This document shows, one piece after another, positions 34,108-44,196 of a DNA stretch of 64,000 bases (positions are counted from its first letter, which is position 1; every line of letters starts with the position of its first letter). The stretch is from an uncultured virus (IMG/VR IMGVR_UViG_3300046517_001279) (taxonomy: Duplodnaviria; Heunggongvirae; Uroviricota; Caudoviricetes), in IMG/VR virus record IMGVR_UViG_3300046517_001279. One strand, written 5' to 3'. The notes beneath the pieces were generated by a model that saw only the letters and a program-made list of their open reading frames with translations, was not told the origin of the DNA and searched no databases. The translations under genes were made by a program, and so were the position numbers.

Positions 34108-35622
34108 ATGATCGTAGAAGAAGAACAGGTCGCTGCGCGCAGCGAGACCATTACGCTCAACGAGGACCAGCAGGCCGCGTATGACGCGATCATGGCGTGG
34201 CTTGAGGCGCGCGACCCGCGTGTGAAGCGGGCGGATGGGATTGAGCTTCGCTACAAGAAGCCGAAGTTCAAATTGCCGGAAGGGGCGGAGGAATGGTTTC
34301 AAGATAAACCGGACGATTTTTTCGTGCTCAAGGGCTATGCGGGCGTGGGCAAGACGTATCTGACTGCTAAGGTTATCTTGGACCTCAGCGAGCGGGACTG
34401 GAACATGGTGGTTTGCGCACCCACCTTGAAGGCGGTAGGCGTCATCCAGGAGAAGGTACGGGAGGCTGCGCAGGACCGCGTACTTGCAGCAACTTTTAAG
34501 TCTGTCCATTCCGTCTGCGGCCTTCGTCTTGTCGAGACGGATGAGGGCGATCACGTGGTGACGGACACCGGCATGGGCAGCCTAGACCAGTTCAACCTCT
34601 GCGTTATCGACGAGGGAAGCATGCTTGATTCGTCGACACTGCTGCGGTCGGTGCAGCGCATGCGCGGCCAATGCTTGATCCTGATTATCGGAGATCCCGC
34701 GCAACTCCCGCCTATCGTGGAAAAGTCGGTCGCCAAAGTGTTCCGTCTCCCACAGGGCGCGATGCTCAGTAAGGTGACGCGTCAGGCCGAGGGCAACCCG
34801 CTGATCGCAGCGTCTATGAAGATCCGCGAGCGCAACCGCGTGGATGATCTGCTTGATGGTGAGTCTGACGATTTCTTTGCGGGCTTCGGTGCAGACGATC
34901 GCATGCAGGCGTCCGAATTAATGGGGTTGCTGCCGGAATCAATGGTTCGCGGCAGCAAGAGCCTGGTCGATATGTGTATCGACTACCAACGCCAAGGCGT
35001 TGACGCACGTATCGTGGCGTACCGTAACTCGACAGTGCTTCGCTGCAACGAGATCATTCACCACGCACTGTATCCGGAAGCAGGGCGCGTGCCGTTCGCG
35101 CCGGGCGAGCGCGTGATCATTCAATCGGCGTGCAAGGCCGAAAGTCTCGACACAGGCAAGACTGTCGATCTGGCGACGAGTGAGGAACTCGTCGTGGAGT
35201 ACATCGAGCGCGATGACCACCCGTCGTATCCCGGCGTCAAGGCATACATGCTGGTGATGAAGGATGACCTAGGCAACCTAGTCAAGGTCTATACGCCGAC
35301 GCTCATGACCGCGTTCAAGCACCGCTGCAGCGAACTGTTCGATGATGTCAACGCCATTAACCGGCAGTTGAAGCGCGGCCCTGACGCGAAACTGTACGAC
35401 AGACTGAAGCTGGCTCGCGGCGCTGCGTGGGGGTTCAAGTCGGCGTTCGCTGAGGTAAGACACTGTTTCGCGATCACGTCGCACAAGAGTCAGGGGAGTT
35501 CGTTTGACGTCGTCTTGGTCGATCTGCCTGATCTGATGACGATTCAGTCGAGTTTCGAGTTCAATTGCTCGTTGTACGTCAGCGTCACTCGTCCGCGCTT
35601 GCGCGCACACATCGCTTATTAA
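34108..35622 (+). CDS. Dda/RecD-like SF1B helicase
   Basis: GYAGVGKT, IDEGSM, GDPAQLPP, TRQA, AITSHKSQGS, YVSVTRP. Confidence 0.9.
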   Translation: MIVEEEQVAARSETITLNEDQQAAYDAIMAWLEARDPRVKRADGIELRYKKPKFKLPEGAEEWFQDKPDDFFVLKGYAGVGKTYLTAKVILDLSERDWNMVVCAPTLKAVGVIQEKVREAAQDRVLAATFKSVHSVCGLRLVETDEGDHVVTDTGMGSLDQFNLCVIDEGSMLDSSTLLRSVQRMRGQCLILIIGDPAQLPPIVEKSVAKVFRLPQGAMLSKVTRQAEGNPLIAASMKIRERNRVDDLLDGESDDFFAGFGADDRMQASELMGLLPESMVRGSKSLVDMCIDYQRQGVDARIVAYRNSTVLRCNEIIHHALYPEAGRVPFAPGERVIIQSACKAESLDTGKTVDLATSEELVVEYIERDDHPSYPGVKAYMLVMKDDLGNLVKVYTPTLMTAFKHRCSELFDDVNAINRQLKRGPDAKLYDRLKLARGAAWGFKSAFAEVRHCFAITSHKSQGSSFDVVLVDLPDLMTIQSSFEFNCSLYVSVTRPRLRAHIAY

Positions 35623-35624
35623 TC

Positions 35625-36335
35625 ATGGGCCACAGTACGAAAAAGATTGAAGTCGAAGTTGGCTCGCGGTTTCACCGCTTAGTAGTCTTAAAAGAGGTTG
35701 ATAGGCTCAGCGGGGTGCCCCGCCGCAGGTTCCTTTGCAGGTGCGATTGCGGAGAATTGCTGGCTGCGCCCCTCGACAGTCTACGAACGGGCAACACGAA
35801 ATCGTGCGGGTGTCTAAAGATGGACAAGATCTTGGCGCGGTCCACATCGCACGGGCTGAGGCACCACCCGGCGTACCACAGTTGGAACGCCATGATGGGC
35901 CGCTGCTTCAACCCCAAGAATCGGGGCTACCGCAGGTACGGTGGTCGCGGAATTACGGTGTGTGAGCGTTGGCGGGATGTAAGGCTGTTTATTGCGGACA
36001 TGGGCGAGTCTCATTCCCCGGGGCTCACGCTGGAGCGCGAGGACGTTGACGGCAACTATGGCCCCGGAAACGTAATTTGGGCGACTCAGAAAGTACAGAA
36101 CAGGAACATCCATCGGCGCCGTGATAACACGAGTGGCCGATCCGGCGTGCTCAAGTCGCGCGGAGCCCGAGGATCTCACTACTGGCTGGCGCGATGGATA
36201 GCATCGGATGGTACCAAGTATCAAAGGTCATTTTCAATTTTGAAGTACGGCAACGACGAGGCGTATCGACGCGCTTGCGAAGTGCGAGACGCCCAGTTTA
36301 AACAACATGGCTACTCAGACAAACACGGAAAATAA
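35625..36335 (+). mobile_element. free-standing HNH homing endonuclease with AP2-like C-terminus
   Basis: CRCDCG, KSCGC, YGGRGITVCERW, TLEREDVDGNYGPGNVIWAT..QNRN; NTSG..GV...FSILKYG. Confidence 0.85.
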
Positions 36336-37768
36336 TGAACTCACTCCAAGCATTCGAAGCTATCGAGCAAATCGCCGCGACCAGCAGCAAGAACGAAAAG
36401 CAGGCGCTCGTCGCAGCCGGCATTGGGAATCTTTTGTTCAAGACCGTGCTCGTCGCAGCGCTCGATCCTCTGACCAGTTATGGTATCAGCAAGCGGCCAC
36501 CGACCGAAACGAGCGGCGACGCCATGTTCGACGGCAGCACGTGGGAGATCCTCAACGACCTCGCGACGCGTCGGCTGACAGGCAACAACGCGATCGACGC
36601 CGTGCGCGGCGAGATGGAGCGCCTCGAACCCAAGTCGTCCGAACTGTTCTGGCGCATCGTCAAGAAAGATCTCCGCGCAGGCTTCGGCGCGGAGACGGTC
36701 AACAAGGTCTCCAAAGGACTTATCCAAACGTTCCCGTACATGCGCTGCGTGTTGCCGGCAGACGCTAAGTTTAGCGATTGGGACTGGACCACAGGCGCGT
36801 TCAGCCAGCAGAAGGCAGACGGTGCGTTCACGAACGTCGACCATGACCACGCGGGCGTCGTGCGGCTGACCACGCGCGCAGGTAACGAATTGCCGATCGA
36901 GCAGTTCGCGGGCATCGAGTCGGACGCGCGGGCGGTGCTCGCCAAGGGCACGCAGACGCACGGCGAGATCCTTGTACTGGTCGACGGCAAGATCGCAGAG
37001 CGCGCAATCGGCAACGGCATCCTGAACAGCGTACTCTCGGGCGGCAGCTTCGCTGAGAACGAGGTGCCCGTGTTCTTCGCGTGGGACCAGATCCCGCTGT
37101 CGGCCGTGCAGCCGAAGGGCGAGTATAAAGTGGCCTACCGCCACCGCTTCGGCTCCTTGGTCGAGCAACTCGGCGAGTCTGACTGCTCCGTGCGCCTGAT
37201 CCCGACGCGCCTCGTGCACTCGCTCGAAGGTGCTTATGCGCATTGCACAAGTCTGCAGGGCGAAGGCAAGGAAGGCACCGTGCTCAAGAACGGTGCCGGC
37301 TTCTGGAAAGACACCAAGAGTGGCAATAAGGACGTCGTGAAGCTCAAGCTCGAAGTGGCCGTCGACCTGATCACGAAGGCGATTCTCGACGGCGAGCCGG
37401 GCACGAAGAACGAAGGGCGCGCCGGCCGCGTGCGCATGGAAACGCGCGATGGGCTGCTGAGCGTGAACGTCGCCGTGAAGAACGAGAAGCTGCGCGACGC
37501 CATCGACAAGGACCGCGCTGCGTTCATCGACCGCATCTGGACCGTGCGTTTCAATGAAGTCACCGCGCCGTCCGACAGCAATCCGCTGCACTCGCTGTTC
37601 CTGCCCCGCATGGCCGAGGACTGGTACCGCACCGACAAAGACACGGCGGACTCGCTCGATGAGGTGAAGGCGCAGCGTGATGCGGCGGTGCGCGGAGAGA
37701 TCACCGTCGAGGCGCAGCAACCACACGGAAACCGTTCTGTAGTGGACTTTCGCGAGAGGATCGAGTAA
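36335..37768 (+). CDS. ATP-dependent DNA ligase
   Basis: Motif I QQKADG; HGEIL, WDQI, EGTVLK, KLKLE, LFLP. Confidence 0.9.
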   Translation: MNSLQAFEAIEQIAATSSKNEKQALVAAGIGNLLFKTVLVAALDPLTSYGISKRPPTETSGDAMFDGSTWEILNDLATRRLTGNNAIDAVRGEMERLEPKSSELFWRIVKKDLRAGFGAETVNKVSKGLIQTFPYMRCVLPADAKFSDWDWTTGAFSQQKADGAFTNVDHDHAGVVRLTTRAGNELPIEQFAGIESDARAVLAKGTQTHGEILVLVDGKIAERAIGNGILNSVLSGGSFAENEVPVFFAWDQIPLSAVQPKGEYKVAYRHRFGSLVEQLGESDCSVRLIPTRLVHSLEGAYAHCTSLQGEGKEGTVLKNGAGFWKDTKSGNKDVVKLKLEVAVDLITKAILDGEPGTKNEGRAGRVRMETRDGLLSVNVAVKNEKLRDAIDKDRAAFIDRIWTVRFNEVTAPSDSNPLHSLFLPRMAEDWYRTDKDTADSLDEVKAQRDAAVRGEITVEAQQPHGNRSVVDFRERIE

Positions 37769-37806
37769 GATCGGTCCTCGTTTCTCATCCCCACGGAAAA
37801 CAATAA

Positions 37807-38871
37807 ATGCTGGTTTTAAACGACACACACATCGATCCAAACCGCACGGGCGGAACGACCCCGCTCTCGCATGCGCTGCTGCGGGAGTACATGCACGAGA
37901 ACTTCGAGAAGCAACTCGACATTGGCAGCGCTGACGGCTGCGTGCTGCTGAACGGTGATCTCCACGATGGTTTTACGATCTCCAACGCAGCAGTGCTCCG
38001 CGTCTATACGGCGATCGGCGCGCGTCTGGAGTCGGGTGCAATCAAGACGCTGTTTCTCGCGCGCGGCAATCACGACATCGCCCGCGATACGACCAAACTG
38101 TCCAGCTTCGACTTGCTCGGCGCGCTACTGGTCGACTCGTACCCGCAGCGCGTGGTCGTCATCACCGAGCCGACGCTGATCGCTTGGGGCGAGCACGCTG
38201 CGGATCAAGGCTGGGTCGTGCCGCACGCGCCGAATCAGGATATTTTCGACCTGTGGATCGCGGAAGTTGGAATGCAACCGCTGCCGTTTGTATTTGTGCA
38301 CTGTAACTACTCAAACGGCTTCGCAGCAGAGTCTGACCATAGCCTGAACATCACCGTCGAGCAGTGCGCAATGCTTGAAGCAGTAGGGTTCAAGCACATC
38401 ATTTTTGGACACGAACACCAGCAAGGCACGCGCCCGAACGGCGTCATCATTGTAGGCAATCAGACGCCCAGCTCGGTTAGTGACTGTCTGAATAACACCT
38501 ACAAGCGCGCGCTCCAGATCGACGGCGGCAAGATCAGCGAAGTCGTCACTTGGACCGACAAGGGCAGCTACTACGAATGCGACTGGAGCAAACTCGACCA
38601 GATCCCGCAGGACGCGCAGTTCGTGCGTATCAAGGGCGAGGCTACCGACGAGCAGGCCGCAGCGGTTCTGGAGGCCATCTCGACGCTGCGCAAGCGTCAT
38701 AGCGCCTTCGTGATCACGAACGCAGTGATCGTGAACGGCCGCTCGCTCGACGTGTCGTCGATGGAAGCGGTCGAGCAGGTGCAGACGTTCGACGTGCTGG
38801 AGTTCCTGTATTCGAATCTCAGCGGCGATCAGGTGGACTACCTGAAGAAGTTGCATAAGGAGCGTGCGTGA
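37807..38871 (+). CDS. SbcD/Mre11-like nuclease
   Basis: NDTH, NGDLHD, GNHD, GHEH; upstream of an SbcC-like gene. Confidence 0.85.
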   Translation: MLVLNDTHIDPNRTGGTTPLSHALLREYMHENFEKQLDIGSADGCVLLNGDLHDGFTISNAAVLRVYTAIGARLESGAIKTLFLARGNHDIARDTTKLSSFDLLGALLVDSYPQRVVVITEPTLIAWGEHAADQGWVVPHAPNQDIFDLWIAEVGMQPLPFVFVHCNYSNGFAAESDHSLNITVEQCAMLEAVGFKHIIFGHEHQQGTRPNGVIIVGNQTPSSVSDCLNNTYKRALQIDGGKISEVVTWTDKGSYYECDWSKLDQIPQDAQFVRIKGEATDEQAAAVLEAISTLRKRHSAFVITNAVIVNGRSLDVSSMEAVEQVQTFDVLEFLYSNLSGDQVDYLKKLHKERA

Positions 38872-39083
38872 GCCTGATCAGCAGGATGGACAACGAGACG
38901 TACGAGGCCGTCAAGGCGTGCGTCTGTTCCTACTGCGACGCGGGACTACCGTCCACGCTGTGGAGCTACCCGCACAAGAACCTCTGGACGCATACCATCC
39001 CCGGAAGCGGAGAGCGCTTCGATTGCGCAGCAACGCGCTTGCGTAACGCCCGATTTGATCCCAAGGAAAATCAAAATGCTTGA
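38868..39083 (+). CDS. hypothetical protein
   Basis: GTGA coupling, AAGGAG RBS. Confidence 0.5.
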   Translation: MSLISRMDNETYEAVKACVCSYCDAGLPSTLWSYPHKNLWTHTIPGSGERFDCAATRLRNARFDPKENQNA

Positions 39084-41253
39084 CCAGATCATCCTCACCA
39101 ATTTCCGCCAGTTCGACGAGAAGTCCGTCGTGTTCGGCCCCGGCAACACGTCGCTGCGCGGCGCCAACGAAGGCGGTAAGTCGACGATCATCGAAGGGTT
39201 CCTCTACCTTCTCGGCGGCGCCAAGGCATGCCGCAACAACGATTTCGTGCGGTGGGGCACCAAGCCCTCAGCGTGCAAGGTCGAAGCGCTCATGACGCTA
39301 CAGGGCACGCAGATCCGCGCCGTGCGCGGCAAGTCCGGCGCCGAGATCTATGTGCCGCACAACGCGCTCGCGCCGACCGTCACCGGCCAGAACGAAGTGA
39401 CGGCATGGTTTGCCGAGCAGATGGGCGCGCCGCTCGACGTGATGGCGAAGATGTGTGTGGCCGGGCAGAAGGAGATCGGGGGCCTCCTCGACGAGAAAAA
39501 CGGCCAGGTCGTGGAATTTATTGAGGAAATGTCAGGGCTCGACATCGTCGAATTTTTTATCAACAAAATTCAGGCGACGGGCAAGGTTGGCTCAACGACT
39601 GCGCTGGTCGAGCGCGCGAACGCCGACCGCGAGCAACTGAAGTCGCAGCAGGGTATCACCTACGCTCAGGCGATCGTGGAGGCAGAGGCTGCGATTGGAC
39701 CGATGGAGACGGAGTCGCTCGACCTGAAGGCAGTAATCGACAGCGAGGAAGCAGCGCTCAAGACCGACCGCGAATCGCTGCGCGCCGTCACGACCTACGC
39801 AGCGAACCTCGCGAACGCGCACTCGCGCGTGCTCACAACGAAGACGGGCATCGAATTCGCGGGAATCGCTCTGGACGACGCTGAGAAGGCCCTAGCGGCG
39901 GCTCGCGATGAGTCGGCAATAGACGCGGACCTCGAAGCGGCGCAAGAGCGTCAGCGGGGCGCTGATGACCTCGCAACGCGGCACAAAGCGCTCGCTGCGT
40001 CAAAGGCGTGGCCGGCGCCCGAGTCGGAGTGGGACGAAGGTGTCGAGTCGCTGCAGCAATTCGTCACGAGCAACCGGCAGGCGGCCGAGCAGACCGGTGA
40101 GCAAATCCGCGCGACCGAGTCGGCGATCAGCAAGTTGCGGCAGGCTATCGCCGTGGCCGAAAGCAAGAAGGTGACGTCGAGCGCCTGCGGCCTGTGCGGC
40201 AAGGACGTCAGCGAACTGCCGGAAGTGAAGCAGCAGAACGCAGCGCTCGACGCCGAGATTGCCGCAGCGGCCGGCGAGATCGCGACGCTGGTCATGCGCG
40301 TGGCCGAGTATCAGGAGAAGCGCGGCGAGGCGAAGGACAACGTCACCGCTGGCGACGCGATCCTCAAAGCACCGTTCTTCGAACTCGCGCTCACGCGGCC
40401 CGACCTGTTCGAAGTCGACCGCACCTACGTGCCGTTCCGCTTCAAGTGGATCGGCGGTGAATTGCCGACCGCGAGCACGGACGACAAGGCGACCATCGCA
40501 GCGTTGAAGTCGGAGCGCACTGCGCGCGCGACGCTGGAGCGGACTCGCGCCACGGCGGCCAGCGAGGCATCGTCAGCGCGCGTCGCGCTGGACACGGCCA
40601 ATACGGAACTGTTCAACCTGCAACAGCAGGCACCCATCGAAGACGAGCAAAGCCTGTCGTCCAAAATCGCTACTCGTGATGCTGGCCTCACGGAAAAGCG
40701 TTTGAGGGCGTTCAAACTCGCGGAGGATCTGGGCGGAAAGCGCAGCCTGCTGCGAGGGCTGAAGCAGTCGGAGGAAACCCACGCGGACCTGCTGCAGCGA
40801 TTGGCCGCCGCGCTCGAAAAGACGGAGCAGGATCTGGCGCTTGCGGAGTTTCACAACAAGTTGATCGAGGATCTTCGGAAGGCGCGGCCTGTGGTTGCGA
40901 ATCAGCTTTGGAACTCTATTTTGCACAGTGTCAGCACATACCTCACGCGCATGCGCGGCGAGCCGTCGATTGTTGAGCGGATCGACAAGAGTTTCGTCAT
41001 CAATGGCCGGCCGCATACGAGCTACAGCGGAAGCGCGCTCGACCTGCTCGCCCTGGGAATCCGCATTGCGCTGACAAAAGTTTTTGTGCCGGGCGCGGAT
41101 ATGCTGGTTCTCGATGAGCCGTTCGCAGCGTGTGACGCTGATCGGACGCTCCAGTGCCTCAGCTTCGCTGCGGCAGCGGGATTCGGTCAGACGATCATCG
41201 TGACGCACGAGCCGCTGTCGGAAGGGCTCGCTGACAATCTGGTGGAGGTGTGA
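39076..41253 (+). CDS. SbcC/Rad50-like ATPase
   Basis: GANEGGKST, coiled coil with CGLC zinc hook, YSGS, LDEPF, IVTH. Confidence 0.9.
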   Translation: MLDQIILTNFRQFDEKSVVFGPGNTSLRGANEGGKSTIIEGFLYLLGGAKACRNNDFVRWGTKPSACKVEALMTLQGTQIRAVRGKSGAEIYVPHNALAPTVTGQNEVTAWFAEQMGAPLDVMAKMCVAGQKEIGGLLDEKNGQVVEFIEEMSGLDIVEFFINKIQATGKVGSTTALVERANADREQLKSQQGITYAQAIVEAEAAIGPMETESLDLKAVIDSEEAALKTDRESLRAVTTYAANLANAHSRVLTTKTGIEFAGIALDDAEKALAAARDESAIDADLEAAQERQRGADDLATRHKALAASKAWPAPESEWDEGVESLQQFVTSNRQAAEQTGEQIRATESAISKLRQAIAVAESKKVTSSACGLCGKDVSELPEVKQQNAALDAEIAAAAGEIATLVMRVAEYQEKRGEAKDNVTAGDAILKAPFFELALTRPDLFEVDRTYVPFRFKWIGGELPTASTDDKATIAALKSERTARATLERTRATAASEASSARVALDTANTELFNLQQQAPIEDEQSLSSKIATRDAGLTEKRLRAFKLAEDLGGKRSLLRGLKQSEETHADLLQRLAAALEKTEQDLALAEFHNKLIEDLRKARPVVANQLWNSILHSVSTYLTRMRGEPSIVERIDKSFVINGRPHTSYSGSALDLLALGIRIALTKVFVPGADMLVLDEPFAACDADRTLQCLSFAAAAGFGQTIIVTHEPLSEGLADNLVEV

Positions 41254-41254
41254 T

Positions 41255-41419
41255 ATGACGTGCGACCTGCCGACGCTGGTCGCGCTGCTCAAGGAAGCGC
41301 GAGAGCACGTGACCGACAAGCCGTGGGACGACCCCACGCACCTGCACGACCGCATCTCCGACGCGCTCGGAATGCCGCGCAGTTACCCTGACCACCTGCG
41401 TAATAATCTCGAAGACTGA
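41255..41419 (+). CDS. 54-aa hypothetical protein
   Basis: GGAGGTG RBS; fills the gap before thyX. Confidence 0.5.
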   Translation: MTCDLPTLVALLKEAREHVTDKPWDDPTHLHDRISDALGMPRSYPDHLRNNLED

Positions 41420-41420
41420 A

Positions 41421-42107
41421 ATGAACGAAATCAAAGTGCTCGACCACGGCCACGTGCGCCTCGTAGAGTCGATGGGTAGCGACCTGTCCATTACTCGCAA
41501 TGCCAGGGTTTCGTACGACGCCGAGTGGCGCACAGGCGAAGACGAAGGCAAGGACGCCAAGCTGATCGACTACCTGGTCAAGAACGGCCACACGAGCCCG
41601 CTCGAAGCGGTGCAGTTCACGTTCGACGTGAAAGCGCCGATCTTCGTGTTCCGCCAGTGGCACCGGCACCGCACGTGGTCGTTCAACGAGGTGAGCGCGC
41701 GCTACGCGGAGTTGCCGGAAGAGTTCTATGTGCCGGCCGTCGAGCAGATCACGACGCAGCATGCGAGCAACAAGCAGATGCGTACGGACGAGCAGCATCC
41801 GGAGGCTGAGACCTGGCGCAACCTCATGCGGCAAAACAACGAAGCTACGTTCTCGATTTACCGATCGATGATCCGCGACGGAGTGCCCCGCGAGTTGGCG
41901 CGCAGCGTGTTGCCGGTCGGCACGTACTCTCATATGTTCGCGACCGTCGACCTGCACAACTTGGCCCACTTCCTCAAGCTTCGGCTGCACTCACACGCGC
42001 AATATGAAATCAGGGTCTATGCCGAAGCCATGCTCAAGGTGATCGAGCCGATCGTGCCCGTCGCGGTCGCAGCGCTCAAGCGTCACCGTCTCGAAGGTGT
42101 CGCGTGA
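41421..42107 (+). CDS. thyX: flavin-dependent thymidylate synthase
   Basis: ARVSY, HTSPLE, RHRTWSFNEVSARY, ARSVLP, HAQYEIR. Confidence 0.95.
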   Translation: MNEIKVLDHGHVRLVESMGSDLSITRNARVSYDAEWRTGEDEGKDAKLIDYLVKNGHTSPLEAVQFTFDVKAPIFVFRQWHRHRTWSFNEVSARYAELPEEFYVPAVEQITTQHASNKQMRTDEQHPEAETWRNLMRQNNEATFSIYRSMIRDGVPRELARSVLPVGTYSHMFATVDLHNLAHFLKLRLHSHAQYEIRVYAEAMLKVIEPIVPVAVAALKRHRLEGVA

Positions 42108-42298
42108 ACGTCAGAATCAAAGTCATGAACTCCAGCGGCTTCACGGCCACGCTCGACGCTGCGCAAACACAGGCGGTCGGCCCGATCTTCAAGCGGGTGG
42201 TCGAAGGGAAGATCAGCCTGCGAATGGCGAACGACATGATGATTAATAAGCTGGAGCGGATGAAGACGCCCGTCCAGTTCCCGGAAGCTCCGTCGTAA
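42104..42298 (+). CDS. hypothetical protein
   Basis: GTGA coupling; last gene of the + arm. Confidence 0.5.
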   Translation: MNVRIKVMNSSGFTATLDAAQTQAVGPIFKRVVEGKISLRMANDMMINKLERMKTPVQFPEAPS

Positions 42299-42376
42299 TA
42301 ACTCGTTACGCCTCCGATCCGCGCGACAGGCTACGATAGCGCCTCGCATCTGGTCCCCCGACCGATGTGACCTTTC

Positions 42377-42446
42377 AGCCGGCCTGTATGCGCGGCTCTT
42401 TTTCATCCGACACCGCCAAAAAGAAAGCCCGCATCGCGGGCTTCAA
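42377..42446. terminator. converging terminators between the two arms
   Basis: AGCCG..CGGCT-CTTTTT (+); AAAAAGA-AAGCCCGC-ATC-GCGGGCTT (U-tract on -). Confidence 0.65.
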
Positions 42447-42509
42447 AACTACCTTACTCGCCGCGCTCCGAGCGCCCAGTCTTGGCTGGGCTCTTACGGG
42501 CGTGGTTCC

Positions 42510-43100
42510 TTACTGCGCAGCCTGCGTGACGCCGGGTACCGAGCCGTTGCAGACTTCGCGATCGTGCAGAATCACTTGCTGGAGAGCGGCGTAGTCGGCT
42601 GCGAGTTGGTCGGCTGCGGAGAATTCGTCGATGAAAAACTGAGAAGATCGCTGGTCCAGTGCTGCGGCACCGGCTTGAGCATCCACGGTTCCGCTGGCGC
42701 CAGTTTTGAACACGCCAGCTGGTTGCTTGCCGGCGTCGGCGGTGCGGACATACAGCCGCTGAGCGAGGCTGCGATTAGCAGCGAGCAAAGCATCACGCCT
42801 TTGAGTGATTTCATTCAGATTCTCCGCATGTGTCTGGTTGATTTTCGCCACCGCAGCGGCGTCCGCCTGTTGCTGCACGAACAGCGCGGACTTGTTCGCT
42901 GCGACCTGTTTTTCTGCTGCGGCCGCTTGCTGGCTCTTGTAGAGATTGAACTTCGCTTCCTCAGCGCGGTGCCCTTCGACGTAGCCGAACAGCGCTGCGC
43001 CTGCGATGACCACAATGCCGCCGAGCAATACCCACGGCAGCACCGAGCCGCCCGTGGCGCCTTCTACGGCTGTTTCCGCCGCTGTTGTGACAATGCCCAT
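42510..43100 (-). CDS. i-spanin (Rz-like)
   Basis: N-terminal TM helix, coiled-coil periplasmic domain, C-terminal Cys; in the lysis cassette. Confidence 0.8.
   Translation of the reverse strand: MGIVTTAAETAVEGATGGSVLPWVLLGGIVVIAGAALFGYVEGHRAEEAKFNLYKSQQAAAAEKQVAANKSALFVQQQADAAAVAKINQTHAENLNEITQRRDALLAANRSLAQRLYVRTADAGKQPAGVFKTGASGTVDAQAGAAALDQRSSQFFIDEFSAADQLAADYAALQQVILHDREVCNGSVPGVTQAAQ
42572..42814 (-). CDS. o-spanin lipoprotein (Rz1-like) embedded in Rz
   Basis: Lipobox LSGC, Pro-rich; alternate frame inside Rz; GGAG RBS. Confidence 0.8.
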   Translation of the reverse strand: MKSLKGVMLCSLLIAASLSGCMSAPPTPASNQLACSKLAPAEPWMLKPVPQHWTSDLLSFSSTNSPQPTNSQPTTPLSSK

Positions 43101-43132
43101 TTAGGAATCCTCTGTAGTGGGTGGGTGCGCGC

Positions 43133-43162
43133 AGTATAGAGCAGCCGGTCACCCTGCGTCAA
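43133..43162 (-). promoter_or_regulatory. sigma70-like promoter upstream of Rz
   Basis: TTGACG-18 bp-TATACT on the - strand. Confidence 0.5.
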
Positions 43163-43167
43163 AGGGC

Positions 43168-43455
43168 TCAATTCTGGCGATTCATAGCATCGTCGTCGTG
43201 CAATTCCCCGCGCGCCTTGAACGCCACGCCACCTGCCAGCATCCCGATGCCGCCCATCATGGCGCCGAACGCAGTGCCGAAAGCGATCATGTCGAAGCGA
43301 TGCTCAGGGCGGACGGTCGAGTAGATCGTCAGGCCGATGAACGCTGGGACGCTCAGCATGGTCAGCAAGCCGCCGCCGACGCGGAACATGCAGTACGTCT
43401 TGCCGTCGACCTCAGTCGTGCAGTCCTTGAAGACCTTCCGCAGCACAGTGAACAT
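43168..43455 (-). CDS. holin-like protein (2 TM)
   Basis: Two hydrophobic helices, charged C-terminus; between endolysin and spanin. Confidence 0.6.
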   Translation of the reverse strand: MFTVLRKVFKDCTTEVDGKTYCMFRVGGGLLTMLSVPAFIGLTIYSTVRPEHRFDMIAFGTAFGAMMGGIGMLAGGVAFKARGELHDDDAMNRQN

Positions 43456-43457
43456 GG

Positions 43458-44111
43458 TTACCCTTGTCCCAGTATTTCCTTGGGCGACATCCCTTTTCTA
43501 GCGCGCGCATATAGCGCGCCAGGTTTGACCTGGAGTTCTCTGGCCCATTCGACTATCGTTTGGGTTTTGCCTTCAAAGCAGACGATGACGTTATTGCGCT
43601 TGTTGTTGCACTGCTCTCGCTGGGTAGCCCAACGTACGTTGCAGGGCTCGTAGTGCCCGTTAGTATCTGGATACCTGTCCAGCGACTTCCCTTTGGGGCG
43701 CGGCCCGACGTCAGCATAAAAATTCTCGAAAGAGTCGGCCCAGCGCTCACACACAGTAACGCCTCGCCCACCGTAATCCGCGTAAGCGTGGTGCCTCGGG
43801 TTGAAGCACCGCTGCCGCATTTGCACCCAGACGACATACTCGGGGGAGTTGTTCATCCCGTGCTTCGCCATTGACACTGCTCTGGCGGTTGCTATTTCGA
43901 TCGACAAACACCCGCATGATTTCGCGTGGCCCCTACGTACTTCGGAAATGTTGTACTTCTTTACTGATCCACACTCACACAGAGCTTCGACCCACCGAGT
44001 ATATTTTGGATACTTCTGTTTACCATAAATCTTGCTGGTCGTTTCCAACTCTCGGATGACCGTGAGTCGGTTAAATTTTTCGCCTGGAATGATATCCTTG
44101 CGTGCAGTCAT
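43458..44111 (-). mobile_element. free-standing HNH homing endonuclease
   Basis: CECG, KSCGC, YGGRGVTVCERW, SLDRYPDTNGHYEPCNVRWAT..QCNNKRNN. Confidence 0.85.
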
Positions 44112-44196
44112 CGTTCACTCCGTATAGTGGATGCTGATTAGAGAGCCGGTCAGCGTTGACGCGCTACCCGGCTCTTGCTGCTTTGTGTCAGCTTAT

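Noticed and set aside
29678..37840. Long antisense ORFs (for example 586 aa opposite polA, 499 aa opposite the ligase)
   Set aside because: Shadow frames from high-GC codon bias; no motifs or RBS.
42300..42509. A fourth ncRNA between the converging arms
   Set aside because: Several short hairpins, but converging terminators and 3' UTRs explain them; no long-range closing helix seen.
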